The translations under genes and the position numbers were made by a program. A stretch of 64,000 nucleotides of DNA from a virus. The stretch is taken from the IMG/VR virus record IMGVR_UViG_3300027418_000370; one strand, given 5' to 3'. This document shows, one piece after another, positions 26,026-36,479 of the stretch; position 1 is the stretch's first letter, and each line of letters begins with the position of its first letter. Below the pieces are notes generated by a model. It was not told where the DNA came from, searched no databases, and was given only the letters and a program-made list of their open reading frames with translations.

Positions 26026-26687
26026 AGAAAGTTATATTTGCTCTCCCAGGTAGAGAGTTTTCCGGAAAGTTCTTACAGTCCTGGACTGAGTTAGTGTATG
26101 CCTGCCTACAGAATGGCATCCAACCTATTATGTCTCAGCACTACTCACCTCTATTGTACTACGTACGCAATATGTGCTTAGGAGGAGATAACTTAAGAGG
26201 AGTAGATCAAAAGCCTTTTGGCGGTCAATTTGACTACGATTACATTATGTGGATTGATTCCGATATCGTCTTTACTCCTGAGCACTTCTTTAAGCTTTTA
26301 AATCACGATAAAGATATCGTATCAGGTCTTTACATGATGAACGATAATGTTCACTATGCAACAGTTGAGGATTGGGATGATGAGTTCTTTTTGAAGAACG
26401 GACACTTTCAGTTTCTTAATCGAGAGATGGTCCAAGCTAAAGAAGGAAAGCTCTTTACAGCCGACTACACAGGCTTTGGATGGGTGCTTACTAAGAAGGG
26501 AGTATTTGAATCTCTAGAGTATCCTTGGTTCCAACCTATGTGGACTGAATATAATATTGACGGTAAACTCGTTAGAGACTTTACAATGGAAGATGTTGCC
26601 TTCTGTAAAATGATTAAGGAGAAAGGTTTTGATGTATGGATTGATCCGACTATCATTGTAGGTCACGAAAAGATGATGGTACTCTAA
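26022..26687 (+). CDS. GT-A fold glycosyltransferase-like protein (paralogue)
   Basis: VRN, MWIDSDI, TGFG, EDVAFC, VGH. Confidence 0.8.
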   Translation: MKKVIFALPGREFSGKFLQSWTELVYACLQNGIQPIMSQHYSPLLYYVRNMCLGGDNLRGVDQKPFGGQFDYDYIMWIDSDIVFTPEHFFKLLNHDKDIVSGLYMMNDNVHYATVEDWDDEFFLKNGHFQFLNREMVQAKEGKLFTADYTGFGWVLTKKGVFESLEYPWFQPMWTEYNIDGKLVRDFTMEDVAFCKMIKEKGFDVWIDPTIIVGHEKMMVL

Positions 26688-26783
26688 TATTAAATTTGTA
26701 TTAAGAGCTTGTATGTTTAAATTAAGTTCGTATCTTTATTACCAACGGTTGTATTATAATTTTGTTTAATTAAATTTTATCTT

Positions 26784-29321
26784 ATGAAAAAAGGTAAGTT
26801 CTGGATGTTACTTGGAGCAATTGTGTTGTCTTCCAACGTAGCGTTCGCACAAGAGACCCCTGACTATACAGCTCTCGACTCGCTCTATCAGCTAGACGAA
26901 GTAACTGTAACCTCAGGGGTTATTGATATCGCTAAGGTTCGAGAGACACCTGTAGCAGTATCGACTCTGTCTTTAGCAGAGATCCAACTAAAGGTGGGTA
27001 ACTTAGAGTTCCCAGAAGTAATGAACCGCACTCCAGGTGTATACGCTACCAAGCAAGGTGGTGGTTACGGCGACTCACGAATCAACCTTCGTGGCTTTGA
27101 CCAGCGTAATACATCTATTCTTATCAACGGCCAGCCGGTCAACGATATGGAGAGTGGATGGGTTTATTGGTCCAACTGGCAAGGCCTTACTGATGTTGCA
27201 TCTGGTATTCAGATCCAACGCGGCTTAGGTGCTTCCCGCTTAGCTGTTCCTTCTGTAGGTGGTACTATCTCCATCTTCACTAAGGCTGCAGAGAAGCAAG
27301 AAGGTGGATCTATCTCCCAGACTTCTGGTAACAATGGTTACTCAAAAACATCTGTTGTCTATAACACAGGTAAGGATGCTAACGGATGGGCTACATCTGT
27401 ACTTCTTTCCAAGTGGCAAGGTGACGGATATGCGTACGGTACAGCCGGTGAAGGTTGGACCTACTTCACAGCATTAGGTTATGCTCCTGAAGGTTCCGAT
27501 CACGCCCTTAACTTCTCCTTCTTAGGAGCTGGTCAATGGCACCACCAAAGAAGTGCATGGGTATCTATCCGTGACTATCAGAACTTTGGTGAAGAGGGGA
27601 TTGACCGTCGTTGGAATACCGATGCTGGTTTCTTGAATGGTGAAGAGTTTAATATGCGTAGAAACTTCTACAATAAGCCTCTTGCTACTATTAACTGGGA
27701 CTGGAACATCAACTCCAACTGGAAACTAAACACTTCATTGTACGGTTCAGCCGGACGTGGTGGTGGCACAGGACCACGAGGCGGTAACTTCCGTAATGGA
27801 GATATCGACTTCTATCCTTACAACAAGGACCTTACTGAGCATTACTTAGATAATGGTAGAGGTACTCGTGACTCAAATGGCTTTATTGATTTCAATGCTG
27901 CTATTGCTGTTAACCAAGGTACTACTAATGGTTACGGTACAACTGACTCACTTACTTCATCTCCGTTCTACGGCTTGTTAGTCGGTTCTAACGGTTACAG
28001 AAGTAACGATGTTAACAGAGCTGTATTAGTACGTCGTGCTTCTATGAACTCACACGACTGGTATGGAGCTATCTCTAACTTAGAAGGTCAGTTCGGTAAG
28101 TTAAGAACTTCTATCGGTGTTGATCTTCGTACATACAAAGGTTACCACTACCGTGTTATGAATGACTTGATGGGTCTTGACGCTTACTACTCAACTGGTA
28201 ACAAGAACTCAGAAGGTCAGTTCATCACTACAACTGTTGCTGCTACTCCATTTACAGGTACTGGCTTGAACGGTCCTAAGATTGACTACTACAACAATGG
28301 TATCGTAGGATGGCAAGGCGTTAATGGTTTACTGGAGTGGGCTGATACTAAGCTTACTGCTGTAGTGCAAGGTGGATTATCTAACCAATCTTTCCAGAGA
28401 GAAGACTTCTTCGACCAGCCGACACTTCCTATCTCAGAAGTTGCTAACCTAGGAGGCGGATACTTAAAGGGCGGTGCTAACTATAACATTAACGAGTACT
28501 CTAACGTATTCTTTAATACTGGTTACATCTCTCGTCAGCCTCAGTTTGATGCTGTATTCCCTAACTATGCTAACCTTATTAACGAAGACCTACAGAACGA
28601 AGAGATTACCTCTCTAGAATTAGGTTACGGTTATAACAGCAGCAAACTTACCTTAAATGTAAATGCTTACTCTACAACGTGGGGTAATCGTTTTATCACT
28701 CGTGCATTGTTTAATGCTCAAGGTGATCAGGGTTACGGTCAGTTCCGTAATATCGACGTACGTCACAACGGTATTGAAGTTGAAGGTGTATACAACGCAA
28801 CTCCTAAGTTGAAGTTGACTGCTATGACTTCTATCGGTGATTGGAGATACACTAAAGACTTTGATGCAGAGTTGTTCGACGATCAACAGCAATCAATCGG
28901 TACAGGTACTCTTTACTTAAAGGGTGCTAAGGTTGGTGATGCTGCTCAGTTCACTACTTACTTAGCTGCTGACTACCGCGCTAATAAGTGGATTGCTCTT
29001 GATTTAGGTTACCGCTTTGTAGATGGTCTTTATGCTGACTACTCTATTGTAGATGCTGTCTTTACTCAACCAGACAATGCTGGAGCTCTTAAGCTTCCTT
29101 CATACGGTTTAGTAGATGCCGGCCTTACTACTCGCTTAGGTGAGAAGTGGTCTTTGAGAGTAAACGTCAACAACTTATTTGATGCTACTTACATCGCTGA
29201 GTCTGAAACAAACATCCACGCTGATGAGAACTCTGTTACCTGGAATGGTATCGACGTTCGTAACTCAGTATGGTTTGGTTTCGGCCGTACTTGGAACGCT
29301 AGCTTGAAGTACAACTTCTAA
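26784..29321 (+). CDS. TonB-dependent outer-membrane receptor
   Basis: Signal peptide AFA-Q; LDEVTVT TonB box; plug TPGV...INLRG...LING; C-terminal NNLFD..Y...GRTWNASLKYNF. Confidence 0.94.
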   Translation: MKKGKFWMLLGAIVLSSNVAFAQETPDYTALDSLYQLDEVTVTSGVIDIAKVRETPVAVSTLSLAEIQLKVGNLEFPEVMNRTPGVYATKQGGGYGDSRINLRGFDQRNTSILINGQPVNDMESGWVYWSNWQGLTDVASGIQIQRGLGASRLAVPSVGGTISIFTKAAEKQEGGSISQTSGNNGYSKTSVVYNTGKDANGWATSVLLSKWQGDGYAYGTAGEGWTYFTALGYAPEGSDHALNFSFLGAGQWHHQRSAWVSIRDYQNFGEEGIDRRWNTDAGFLNGEEFNMRRNFYNKPLATINWDWNINSNWKLNTSLYGSAGRGGGTGPRGGNFRNGDIDFYPYNKDLTEHYLDNGRGTRDSNGFIDFNAAIAVNQGTTNGYGTTDSLTSSPFYGLLVGSNGYRSNDVNRAVLVRRASMNSHDWYGAISNLEGQFGKLRTSIGVDLRTYKGYHYRVMNDLMGLDAYYSTGNKNSEGQFITTTVAATPFTGTGLNGPKIDYYNNGIVGWQGVNGLLEWADTKLTAVVQGGLSNQSFQREDFFDQPTLPISEVANLGGGYLKGGANYNINEYSNVFFNTGYISRQPQFDAVFPNYANLINEDLQNEEITSLELGYGYNSSKLTLNVNAYSTTWGNRFITRALFNAQGDQGYGQFRNIDVRHNGIEVEGVYNATPKLKLTAMTSIGDWRYTKDFDAELFDDQQQSIGTGTLYLKGAKVGDAAQFTTYLAADYRANKWIALDLGYRFVDGLYADYSIVDAVFTQPDNAGALKLPSYGLVDAGLTTRLGEKWSLRVNVNNLFDATYIAESETNIHADENSVTWNGIDVRNSVWFGFGRTWNASLKYNF

Positions 29322-29342
29322 GTTTCGGGAAATATATTTGAA

Positions 29343-29381
29343 GAGAGGGTGGCTTCGGTCACCCTTTTTTCGTATATTAAG
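29343..29381 (+). terminator. Terminator overlapping a promoter
   Basis: AGGGTGGC-TTCG-GTCACCCT-TTTTT followed by CGTATATTAA. Confidence 0.8.
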
Positions 29382-29384
29382 GTC

Positions 29385-29897
29385 ATGGAAAGTGTTATGA
29401 AGTACGACGAAAAGGATCAGTGTCCTTATCAACCTATCCACACCGAAGAGTGGTTAGAGGCTTTTTTTAAGAAAAACTATTTTAAGATGCCCTATAACCG
29501 CTTTATGTGGTGGAAGAGCTATACTCCTAAGACTCGTCCATTGACCGGTAAGGCTTCTCCTCTAGAGCGAGTTAAGAATGGAGACTTTGATCCTGCTCCT
29601 TATAAGTTTGAAGCTCAGTTGGTAGAGCATCGTCTACGCCGTAAGTGGTTTGAGCTTCAAGGAGACTGGCAGAAGTTCTTAGAGGTGTGTGCTGTAGATC
29701 TAGCTCGACGTAAACGTCTCTTAGAAGATCATGAGAAGGAAGAGAATCGCCGGTTAGAAGGCTTCTTTAAGTACGTAGGACGTATCTTCGGGATGAACCG
29801 GGATGAGATTATGCTTCACTTAGAGAGCTTTGCCGGTGAGACTGTACTTGAATTTTATAACTTTCTCCATGAGAAATACGATGATAAACCGTATTAA
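29385..29897 (+). CDS. Hypothetical protein
   Basis: ORF after promoter. Confidence 0.7.
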   Translation: MESVMKYDEKDQCPYQPIHTEEWLEAFFKKNYFKMPYNRFMWWKSYTPKTRPLTGKASPLERVKNGDFDPAPYKFEAQLVEHRLRRKWFELQGDWQKFLEVCAVDLARRKRLLEDHEKEENRRLEGFFKYVGRIFGMNRDEIMLHLESFAGETVLEFYNFLHEKYDDKPY

Positions 29898-29945
29898 AAC
29901 ATAATCAGTATATATTTATATAAAAGAACACTAAATTAAATTATC

Positions 29946-30308
29946 ATGTTAAAACGTTTTTGGAATTGGTTACTAGGTAAAACTACCATTGATGAAAAAG
30001 TAATCGAAGTTGTTGAAGAAGTAAAAGAAGACATCCAAGTTATTCGCGAAAGAGCTAAAAGAGTAGCTGAAGAGACTAGAGATGTACTTGAAGCTGCTAA
30101 AGAGGTTGCTAAGCAATCTAAAGATGTTGTTAGTGCTGCTAAAGGCGCTCCTAGAAAAGGACGTAAGCCTGCTAATAGAAAGCCAGCTAACAAACCAGCT
30201 ACCGCTCCTGCTCCTAAAGTAGAAGCTCCTAAAGTTGAAGTAGTAGAAGCTGCTAAGAAACCTACCCCACGTCGTAGAAACAATCGTAAGCCAGCAGCTA
30301 AGAAATGA
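29946..30308 (+). CDS. Coiled-coil protein with Lys/Pro/Ala-rich tail
   Basis: Follows TATTTATA; RKPAN repeats. Confidence 0.7.
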   Translation: MLKRFWNWLLGKTTIDEKVIEVVEEVKEDIQVIRERAKRVAEETRDVLEAAKEVAKQSKDVVSAAKGAPRKGRKPANRKPANKPATAPAPKVEAPKVEVVEAAKKPTPRRRNNRKPAAKK

Positions 30309-30547
30309 ACCAACCTAACGTAAACGTAAGTTTAGATCAAACATCACCAGTATCGTGTGATGAATGCGGACACTTGTATTTTGAGCAAGCGCTCCATATC
30401 CGCAAAGTATCAGGCCTACTCACAGGTACAGGACAAACTTCGTACCTTCCTATCCCAGTCTTTGCATGTACCGCTTGCGGTCATATCAATACAGAATTTT
30501 TACCTAAAGAAGTTAAAGACCTGGGAAATGAACAAACCGCTGATTAG
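30305..30547 (+). CDS. Zn-ribbon protein
   Basis: CDECG...CTACG. Confidence 0.7.
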   Translation: MNQPNVNVSLDQTSPVSCDECGHLYFEQALHIRKVSGLLTGTGQTSYLPIPVFACTACGHINTEFLPKEVKDLGNEQTAD

Positions 30548-30656
30548 TATTCACTTCAACGAGCCTGTTTGGATGTATGATGGTATTCAAGAATCCATCT
30601 ACAACGAGCACTCGGAAGAAGAGGAGTAAGTTTAAAGAAAGAATAAATTAGGGAAA

Positions 30657-30672
30657 GGGACTACGGTCCCTA
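30657..30672 (+). terminator. Hairpin upstream of the surface module
   Basis: AGGGAC-TACG-GTCCCT. Confidence 0.55.
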
Positions 30673-30744
30673 TTCCTGTTTCTATTTATTAAAGAATTGT
30701 TACAGGTAATTGTTTTCGTTAGTTCTATTAAACTATGACGACTT

Positions 30745-32667
30745 ATGAAAAAATTATTTGTAGCATTAGCTGCATTAATCAGCCTAACTGCCTTTGGACA
30801 GAATGGTAAGCTTGAAGTACTCACAGCTCCAAATTCCAACAGTCCTTACATCTTAGTAGATACCCTCTTCACATTAGAGGATACTTCTGTAACGACAGAC
30901 ATCTACATCCACTTTGCTAACCCTACAGCAAATGATGTCAAAGCTGTTCAGTTCAGATTGTTCTACGATGCTGTTAGATTCTCCAACGCTCAGATTTACT
31001 GGGGACCAACAGCCACTCCTGTAGCAGACAAATACGGCTCTTACTTTAAGAGCGGAGATTACATTAACGTAATCGCTTCTTACACAGGAACATCCTCTAA
31101 CTTTAACTGGGCTGACGGAGCAATGTTTAAATTAAGATTGACTCACTCTTCAGCTTATGCTGGTATTGCTGACTCAATTGCTATTGCAGGCTCTACTTCC
31201 TATAACAACTTAGCTACAACTGGCAACGGTACAGACGTTGCTTTAGGAATGTATAACTACGGAGGTAACTTCCAGATGCAGCCTCAATCATTCCCAATCA
31301 AAGTTAGAAACGCTGATGGATCAAATGCATTAGGAGTTTGGTTTACAGCTTCTAAGAGATTAAAAACAGATACTCAAGGTTCATGGACAACTATCGTATC
31401 TGATTCTACAGATGCAACTGGCCTTATGGTTGTTACTCACCCAATCGATACTGCTTACTGGCATTTAAGATTAGTAACTCAGACTGACACAATGTCTGAC
31501 GGCTCTGCTATCTCTATTGTAGATGCTTATAAATTAGCTAATGCTGCTTCAATGCAAGATACTTTAACAGGTATTGAATTATATGAAGGTGATATCAACG
31601 AGAGTGGTGATGCTACTATCTCTGATGCATTCGCAGTCTTTAACAGATTAGCTCTAGGAACTACTAACTGGAACTCTTTATTCACAGGCGTTAATAACGT
31701 AGCTGTACTATGGCCTTCAGAATGGCAATCAGCAGTAGCTGCTACTTCTTTCCCTGCTTGGACTAGTGCTCCTAGGAGATATGCAATCGATACGTTAGTA
31801 AACGGAATGGATAGCTTAAAGCCTTACATCTATGTAATTGGTGACGCTACTACAACTGGCTATAACAACCCAGCTGTACTAGTAGGTAAGATGGCTAACC
31901 CAGGTACAGGTACTGAGTACATCTTAGACCCAGCTGTCTATATGCAGAACATCGACGATACAGTTCAGTTTAGAATTCCTAAGCTAGTAATGACTCAGGA
32001 TTATGAGATGCAAGTTCCTGTTGTAATGTTTACTTACGGCAACAGTATCGGAGCAGCTCAAATGGCTATCGAGTATGATACTAATATCTTTAGATTTACT
32101 TCTATCGATATGGGTGATGCACCTTCTAAGTGGACTTCAATCCTATCAGTAGAGAAAGGAAAAGTATTCTGGGCCGGTCACGAAGACAAGCTTAACCCAT
32201 CTGTGATTACAGACATGACTACAACCTTTACTTTCAACTTCGAAGTTATTCAACCTCTAGGTTGGCAGACATCTCCTCTAAAGATCAGCCAGAAGTTTGC
32301 TGGTGATGAGAATGCTTATGACTTAAACATCAAGCCTTCACCTAACGATGGTTCAGTTGTTAATAAGATGTCAATCGAGCCAGGCTTGTTAGAGCTTATT
32401 GAAGGCTTTAAAGTATATCCTAATCCAACATCAGCTGATTATGATAACTGGGTCTTCATTGAGCACCACAACGATTACGAAGGTAGCACTTTACGCGCTG
32501 CAGTTTACAATATGTACGGCCAGCAGGTTATGTACTGGGAAGATCAAATTCAACAGAAAGGTTTCCAATTCCAAGGCTTCCAATTAAGTAACCTTCCAAA
32601 AGGTACATACTTAATCAAGCTAGTTGCTCATGATAGAGAAAAAGTTTATAGAATAATTAAATACTAA
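30745..32667 (+). CDS. T9SS-sorted protein with cohesin-like and dockerin-like domains
   Basis: Signal AFG-Q; cohesin-like AVQFRLFYD and AAQMAIEYD; dockerin-like ISIVDA...GDINESGDATISDA; CTD KVYPNP...YNMYGQ...LPKGTYLIKL. Confidence 0.8.
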   Translation: MKKLFVALAALISLTAFGQNGKLEVLTAPNSNSPYILVDTLFTLEDTSVTTDIYIHFANPTANDVKAVQFRLFYDAVRFSNAQIYWGPTATPVADKYGSYFKSGDYINVIASYTGTSSNFNWADGAMFKLRLTHSSAYAGIADSIAIAGSTSYNNLATTGNGTDVALGMYNYGGNFQMQPQSFPIKVRNADGSNALGVWFTASKRLKTDTQGSWTTIVSDSTDATGLMVVTHPIDTAYWHLRLVTQTDTMSDGSAISIVDAYKLANAASMQDTLTGIELYEGDINESGDATISDAFAVFNRLALGTTNWNSLFTGVNNVAVLWPSEWQSAVAATSFPAWTSAPRRYAIDTLVNGMDSLKPYIYVIGDATTTGYNNPAVLVGKMANPGTGTEYILDPAVYMQNIDDTVQFRIPKLVMTQDYEMQVPVVMFTYGNSIGAAQMAIEYDTNIFRFTSIDMGDAPSKWTSILSVEKGKVFWAGHEDKLNPSVITDMTTTFTFNFEVIQPLGWQTSPLKISQKFAGDENAYDLNIKPSPNDGSVVNKMSIEPGLLELIEGFKVYPNPTSADYDNWVFIEHHNDYEGSTLRAAVYNMYGQQVMYWEDQIQQKGFQFQGFQLSNLPKGTYLIKLVAHDREKVYRIIKY

Positions 32668-32670
32668 ATT

Positions 32671-33045
32671 ATGTCAGAAGAACAAGAAGGAGGAATGTCA
32701 ACTCTTAAGAAGACTATCCTCGGTATCGGTACAACAATCATCACAGGCGCCGGCGCTTATGTAACAACTCACATCGACGCTTTGTTCGGTATAGAGGAAG
32801 AAGCTGCTACAGAAGTAGCTGCACCTGTACAGAACAACCAACAGAGTGTTAATGTGACTGGTCCAGAGATTATTATTAATATGCCAGAACAGAAAGCTGC
32901 GCCATCTCAGACAACTATCATCAGAGAGACTGTTAAGGAAGTTCCTGCAGCACCAGTTGAGGTAGTTGAAGAGAAGCCGGAGACAAATGCTGAAAGAATG
33001 GCTCGTCTAAAGAAAGCAAAAGAAGAACGTAACGCAGGTAAGTAA
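32671..33045 (+). CDS. Membrane-anchored protein with extended AAPV-rich stalk
   Basis: Single N-terminal TM. Confidence 0.7.
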   Translation: MSEEQEGGMSTLKKTILGIGTTIITGAGAYVTTHIDALFGIEEEAATEVAAPVQNNQQSVNVTGPEIIINMPEQKAAPSQTTIIRETVKEVPAAPVEVVEEKPETNAERMARLKKAKEERNAGK

Positions 33046-33047
33046 TC

Positions 33048-33788
33048 ATGAGAACAAGAAGAGATGAAGTTTTAGAGCTTATATTTGCTCCACTAGGTTT
33101 AGTATTAGTTGTATTTAGTTTGCTCTTTGTAGGAGGAATGGCTACGTCTTGTAGCTCTTCTATTGGAGTAGTTCAATATCAAGCTGAGTTTGAGAAGGCA
33201 GAAGAGTTAAATACTCTACCAATCTACACAGGTGAAAGACAAGTAGTACAGTTATCTAAACTAAACGTTAATAAAGAGCTGTGGGATATGTTTCCTGAGC
33301 TTAGAGACAAGAGAGTTGGTTTAGGAGTATCAAATAGAATTATTGAGAACTTTGAGATGACAGGCCGCTTTAGCTATGCTGAAGAGAAAGATGCTATTGT
33401 ATCTCAGATGTTAGATGCATGGGAGACAGAGTTAGAAGGTATGTCCAACGGTCAAACAGAACTTACCATGGAAGGTATAGCTGTACCAAAATACATTGTC
33501 TATGCTGAAATTTACGACTTCGCTGTATCATACGGAGAAGATTATAACAAAGGTAAAGTCCAAAAGACTAACACTACCATCATCGGTATTCAAATCAGAA
33601 TGGTTAATGTAGACAACTCACAGTACATTGTAGCATCAGGACAAGGAACAGCTACTCAGATTGGTGAGGGTATGTTTAAAGATCCTAAAATGGGATTCGA
33701 TCAGTCTACAGTCGGTATTGCTACACAACGTGCTCTTGAGGTCGCTACAGTGAACCTTGTCAAGCGCATGGAGGCTTATGGATGGTAA
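33048..33788 (+). CDS. CsgG-like lipoprotein
   Basis: Lipobox ATSC; TGRF..E, YIVYAEIYDF, IQIRMVNVDN.Q. Confidence 0.7.
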   Translation: MRTRRDEVLELIFAPLGLVLVVFSLLFVGGMATSCSSSIGVVQYQAEFEKAEELNTLPIYTGERQVVQLSKLNVNKELWDMFPELRDKRVGLGVSNRIIENFEMTGRFSYAEEKDAIVSQMLDAWETELEGMSNGQTELTMEGIAVPKYIVYAEIYDFAVSYGEDYNKGKVQKTNTTIIGIQIRMVNVDNSQYIVASGQGTATQIGEGMFKDPKMGFDQSTVGIATQRALEVATVNLVKRMEAYGW

Positions 33789-35292
33789 ATGGTGGAAAGT
33801 ATTAATTTTACTGGTACTCGGATTCAGTAGCTACGGACAGTACGTTTACACCTACACCGATCCTTGTACCGGAATACTTAATGCTGTCACTATTACCCAG
33901 CCATCAGGCAGTGTAACCTTATTCTATGCAGGACAATACAACACCTTTACTCAGGCCCAGCTTCAAGCCGGAGCATTCGAGCTTTGGGTACAAAGTGTTA
34001 ACGCAACTGCTCCTCCAGGAAGTAACCCCTGCGCTGGAGCAGGAGGAACTCTCTCTACAGGATCAAATGCAACTACTGGTACTAATACAGCCACTAATAT
34101 CTCAGGCATAGTAGGTGTAGCAGCTAATATAGGAGGGAGTTTAGGAAGTGGAGCAGCATCATCAACAGGAGGAGCAACAGGAGGGTCGACCAGTAACAAT
34201 GACAACAACGGAAGCGGTTCGAACAATTCTACTGGTGGAAGTACTTCTACTGGCGGTAGCGGTTCTGGATCCGGCTCATCAGGGTCCTCTGGTAGCTCTG
34301 GCGGTAATGCTGGGACTGGTGGCGGTTCCGGTGGCTCTACTGGCTCGGGCGGAGGCTCAGGCTCGACTGGAGGATCTGGAGGCTCAGGTTCAGGAGGCGG
34401 TGCTACAGGAGGATCTGGAGGAGGTCAAGGAGGAGACAATTCAGGAAACGGAATAGGTGGCGGAGGTGATGCCGGAGGAGTAGATACAGGAACTAATACT
34501 GGAGGTACTTCTGATGGTGGAACTGATGCTGGTGCTGTAGGAGGTACAGAGAATACTTCAACAGCCTCAGGAGGAGACTCTGAATCATCTTCCTCAGAAG
34601 GAGATGGAGGAGGAGGATCTGGTGGAGGTAAGAAGCAGAAATCTAAACAAGAGAAGATTGGTAGAGGTGCTTTAATTGGTGCCGGTGACTTTGTTATTGT
34701 TAGAAACTCTTCTGATATTAAACAGAGTGGAATGGACAACTTTAAGTTCAATATGTCTCTTACTCACGTTAATACTAAACAGACTTTCATCAAAGGTATT
34801 AACTTTAACTTTACCACAGGAGAGAATGTATTGAATAGTACTTTGTACGGTTCATATAAGAAAGAAGGCTTCATGGGAGTATTCTCTAACTCTACTATGA
34901 CTAACTTTAAGACTGATATCTTCAATACAACTACAGCGTTAGTAGCTCAAAAGGTTTGGATAGTAACTCCTATGTTAGGAACTAACTTTACGTTAGGTAA
35001 GATAGGTGATAGCGACTTCCAGAACTGGTCTATTGTAGCAGGAGGCTATACAAACTTTAAAGGTATTCAAGCTCTATCAGGTAACGTAATGTTACTTGGT
35101 ATCTATTCTCCGTACATATTTTATTATGAAGGACAGTGGTATAAGTCTGGACTCCTATTTGTTCCTCTAGCGAACGTTGATTTTAAAATCACAAGTACGT
35201 TTAAGTGGAGTATTTCTTTTGGAGGAGCTTACCAGTACAATGCAGATATATTAAACTACCAGCTATCAACTGGAACAAAAATTATGTTATGA
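33778..35292 (+). CDS. Secreted protein with Gly/Ser/Thr-rich linker and C-terminal beta-barrel-like domain
   Basis: Signal SYG-Q; about 190-aa G/S/T tract; alternating amphipathic strands. Confidence 0.7.
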   Translation: MDGKWWKVLILLVLGFSSYGQYVYTYTDPCTGILNAVTITQPSGSVTLFYAGQYNTFTQAQLQAGAFELWVQSVNATAPPGSNPCAGAGGTLSTGSNATTGTNTATNISGIVGVAANIGGSLGSGAASSTGGATGGSTSNNDNNGSGSNNSTGGSTSTGGSGSGSGSSGSSGSSGGNAGTGGGSGGSTGSGGGSGSTGGSGGSGSGGGATGGSGGGQGGDNSGNGIGGGGDAGGVDTGTNTGGTSDGGTDAGAVGGTENTSTASGGDSESSSSEGDGGGGSGGGKKQKSKQEKIGRGALIGAGDFVIVRNSSDIKQSGMDNFKFNMSLTHVNTKQTFIKGINFNFTTGENVLNSTLYGSYKKEGFMGVFSNSTMTNFKTDIFNTTTALVAQKVWIVTPMLGTNFTLGKIGDSDFQNWSIVAGGYTNFKGIQALSGNVMLLGIYSPYIFYYEGQWYKSGLLFVPLANVDFKITSTFKWSISFGGAYQYNADILNYQLSTGTKIML

Positions 35293-36479
35293 AAAAGCTA
35301 CTGCTGTTATTTCTTCCCTTATCCACTCTAGCACAGACTATAACCTTTGCTACTGTTGGTGTACAGGACATGACCGGCATTAGTGTTGAAGTAGAACATT
35401 ATGTACCAGGAGGTACTTCAGGAACTATTACAGCTTTAGGTACAACTGTACCTACGGATAGAGGACAAGCCTCTAATGTAGTTTTCTCAACAGCTAACTC
35501 AGACCAAGGAAGCGTTTTAATTAACTTCCCTACAGGGTATAGCTATACAATTGGAGCTACTACTCACACAACAGGTACCCTTCATGCTAATGCCTGGATG
35601 GCATTCCCTTCTACTACATATAATAGTTACAATAGCTCTGCTACAGCTCCTAACGTACCAACACTTCACTTCACTTCAGTCGACAACGGCTCTACAGATA
35701 ATAATATGTCTCATGTATCTTGGGAGACGTACACTGATGTTACATACGGAGATGTATTTAGGATAAGGTACGAAGGAAGCTATAAATACAATGTGAGTGG
35801 CATTAATACTAAAATAGATTTATACTTCTTTAAAAACGATCCTGCTAAATGCTTTGTAGTACTTAGAACATTCCTAGCTGATGGATCTAATCAAGAACAA
35901 ATCGGACTATCAAACGGAAGTACTTGGTTAGCTTCTAACTTAATCAGTAACGCAACATACTCTTCAGGAGTAGGCTTTCAAATAACGAACGCAGTATCTA
36001 ATTCAATCTGGTCTTCACAAGGAGTACAGACAACTACATCAACAGGTTCAGTAACATTCTCTAACCCAAACAGCTATCAATATAGAGTAATTGTAAACGT
36101 AAGCGGAATAGACAATACATTTACAGAGTCAGAGATGAACTACTTAATGTATCTAAGAATGTTTCCTACTGAGATAGCATCATGGGATTACCATACAATG
36201 AACTTCTACGCACCAGACAGTTCTGATATTGTAACTTACTCAGATGTATTCTCTGCTTACCAAATATACAAATGGGGACAGAACTTTGGGTACACTTACA
36301 ATAACAACTGGGTGTACTCTCAAGCAGAGAAGGATGATATAGAAGTAAATGCTAATAGTTTAACATACCATCTGAAGTATCCTCAAGCAGCAGTACGAAC
36401 ATTTAACAATCTTAACAGGTTTTATATTGTATCACTTGGTAAACATCGCCAAACTAAACCAGTAAATAAAATCCAATGA
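35289..36479 (+). CDS. Secreted beta-rich protein with degenerate dockerin-like C-terminus
   Basis: Signal TLA-Q; NTFTESE...PDSSDIVTYSDVFSAY. Confidence 0.6.
   Translation: MKKLLLLFLPLSTLAQTITFATVGVQDMTGISVEVEHYVPGGTSGTITALGTTVPTDRGQASNVVFSTANSDQGSVLINFPTGYSYTIGATTHTTGTLHANAWMAFPSTTYNSYNSSATAPNVPTLHFTSVDNGSTDNNMSHVSWETYTDVTYGDVFRIRYEGSYKYNVSGINTKIDLYFFKNDPAKCFVVLRTFLADGSNQEQIGLSNGSTWLASNLISNATYSSGVGFQITNAVSNSIWSSQGVQTTTSTGSVTFSNPNSYQYRVIVNVSGIDNTFTESEMNYLMYLRMFPTEIASWDYHTMNFYAPDSSDIVTYSDVFSAYQIYKWGQNFGYTYNNNWVYSQAEKDDIEVNANSLTYHLKYPQAAVRTFNNLNRFYIVSLGKHRQTKPVNKIQ

Noticed and set aside
34050-34630. Collagen or curlin repeats
   Set aside because: No sustained Gly-X-Y period and no curlin Q-x-G-x-x-N repeats; it is simple G/S/T low complexity
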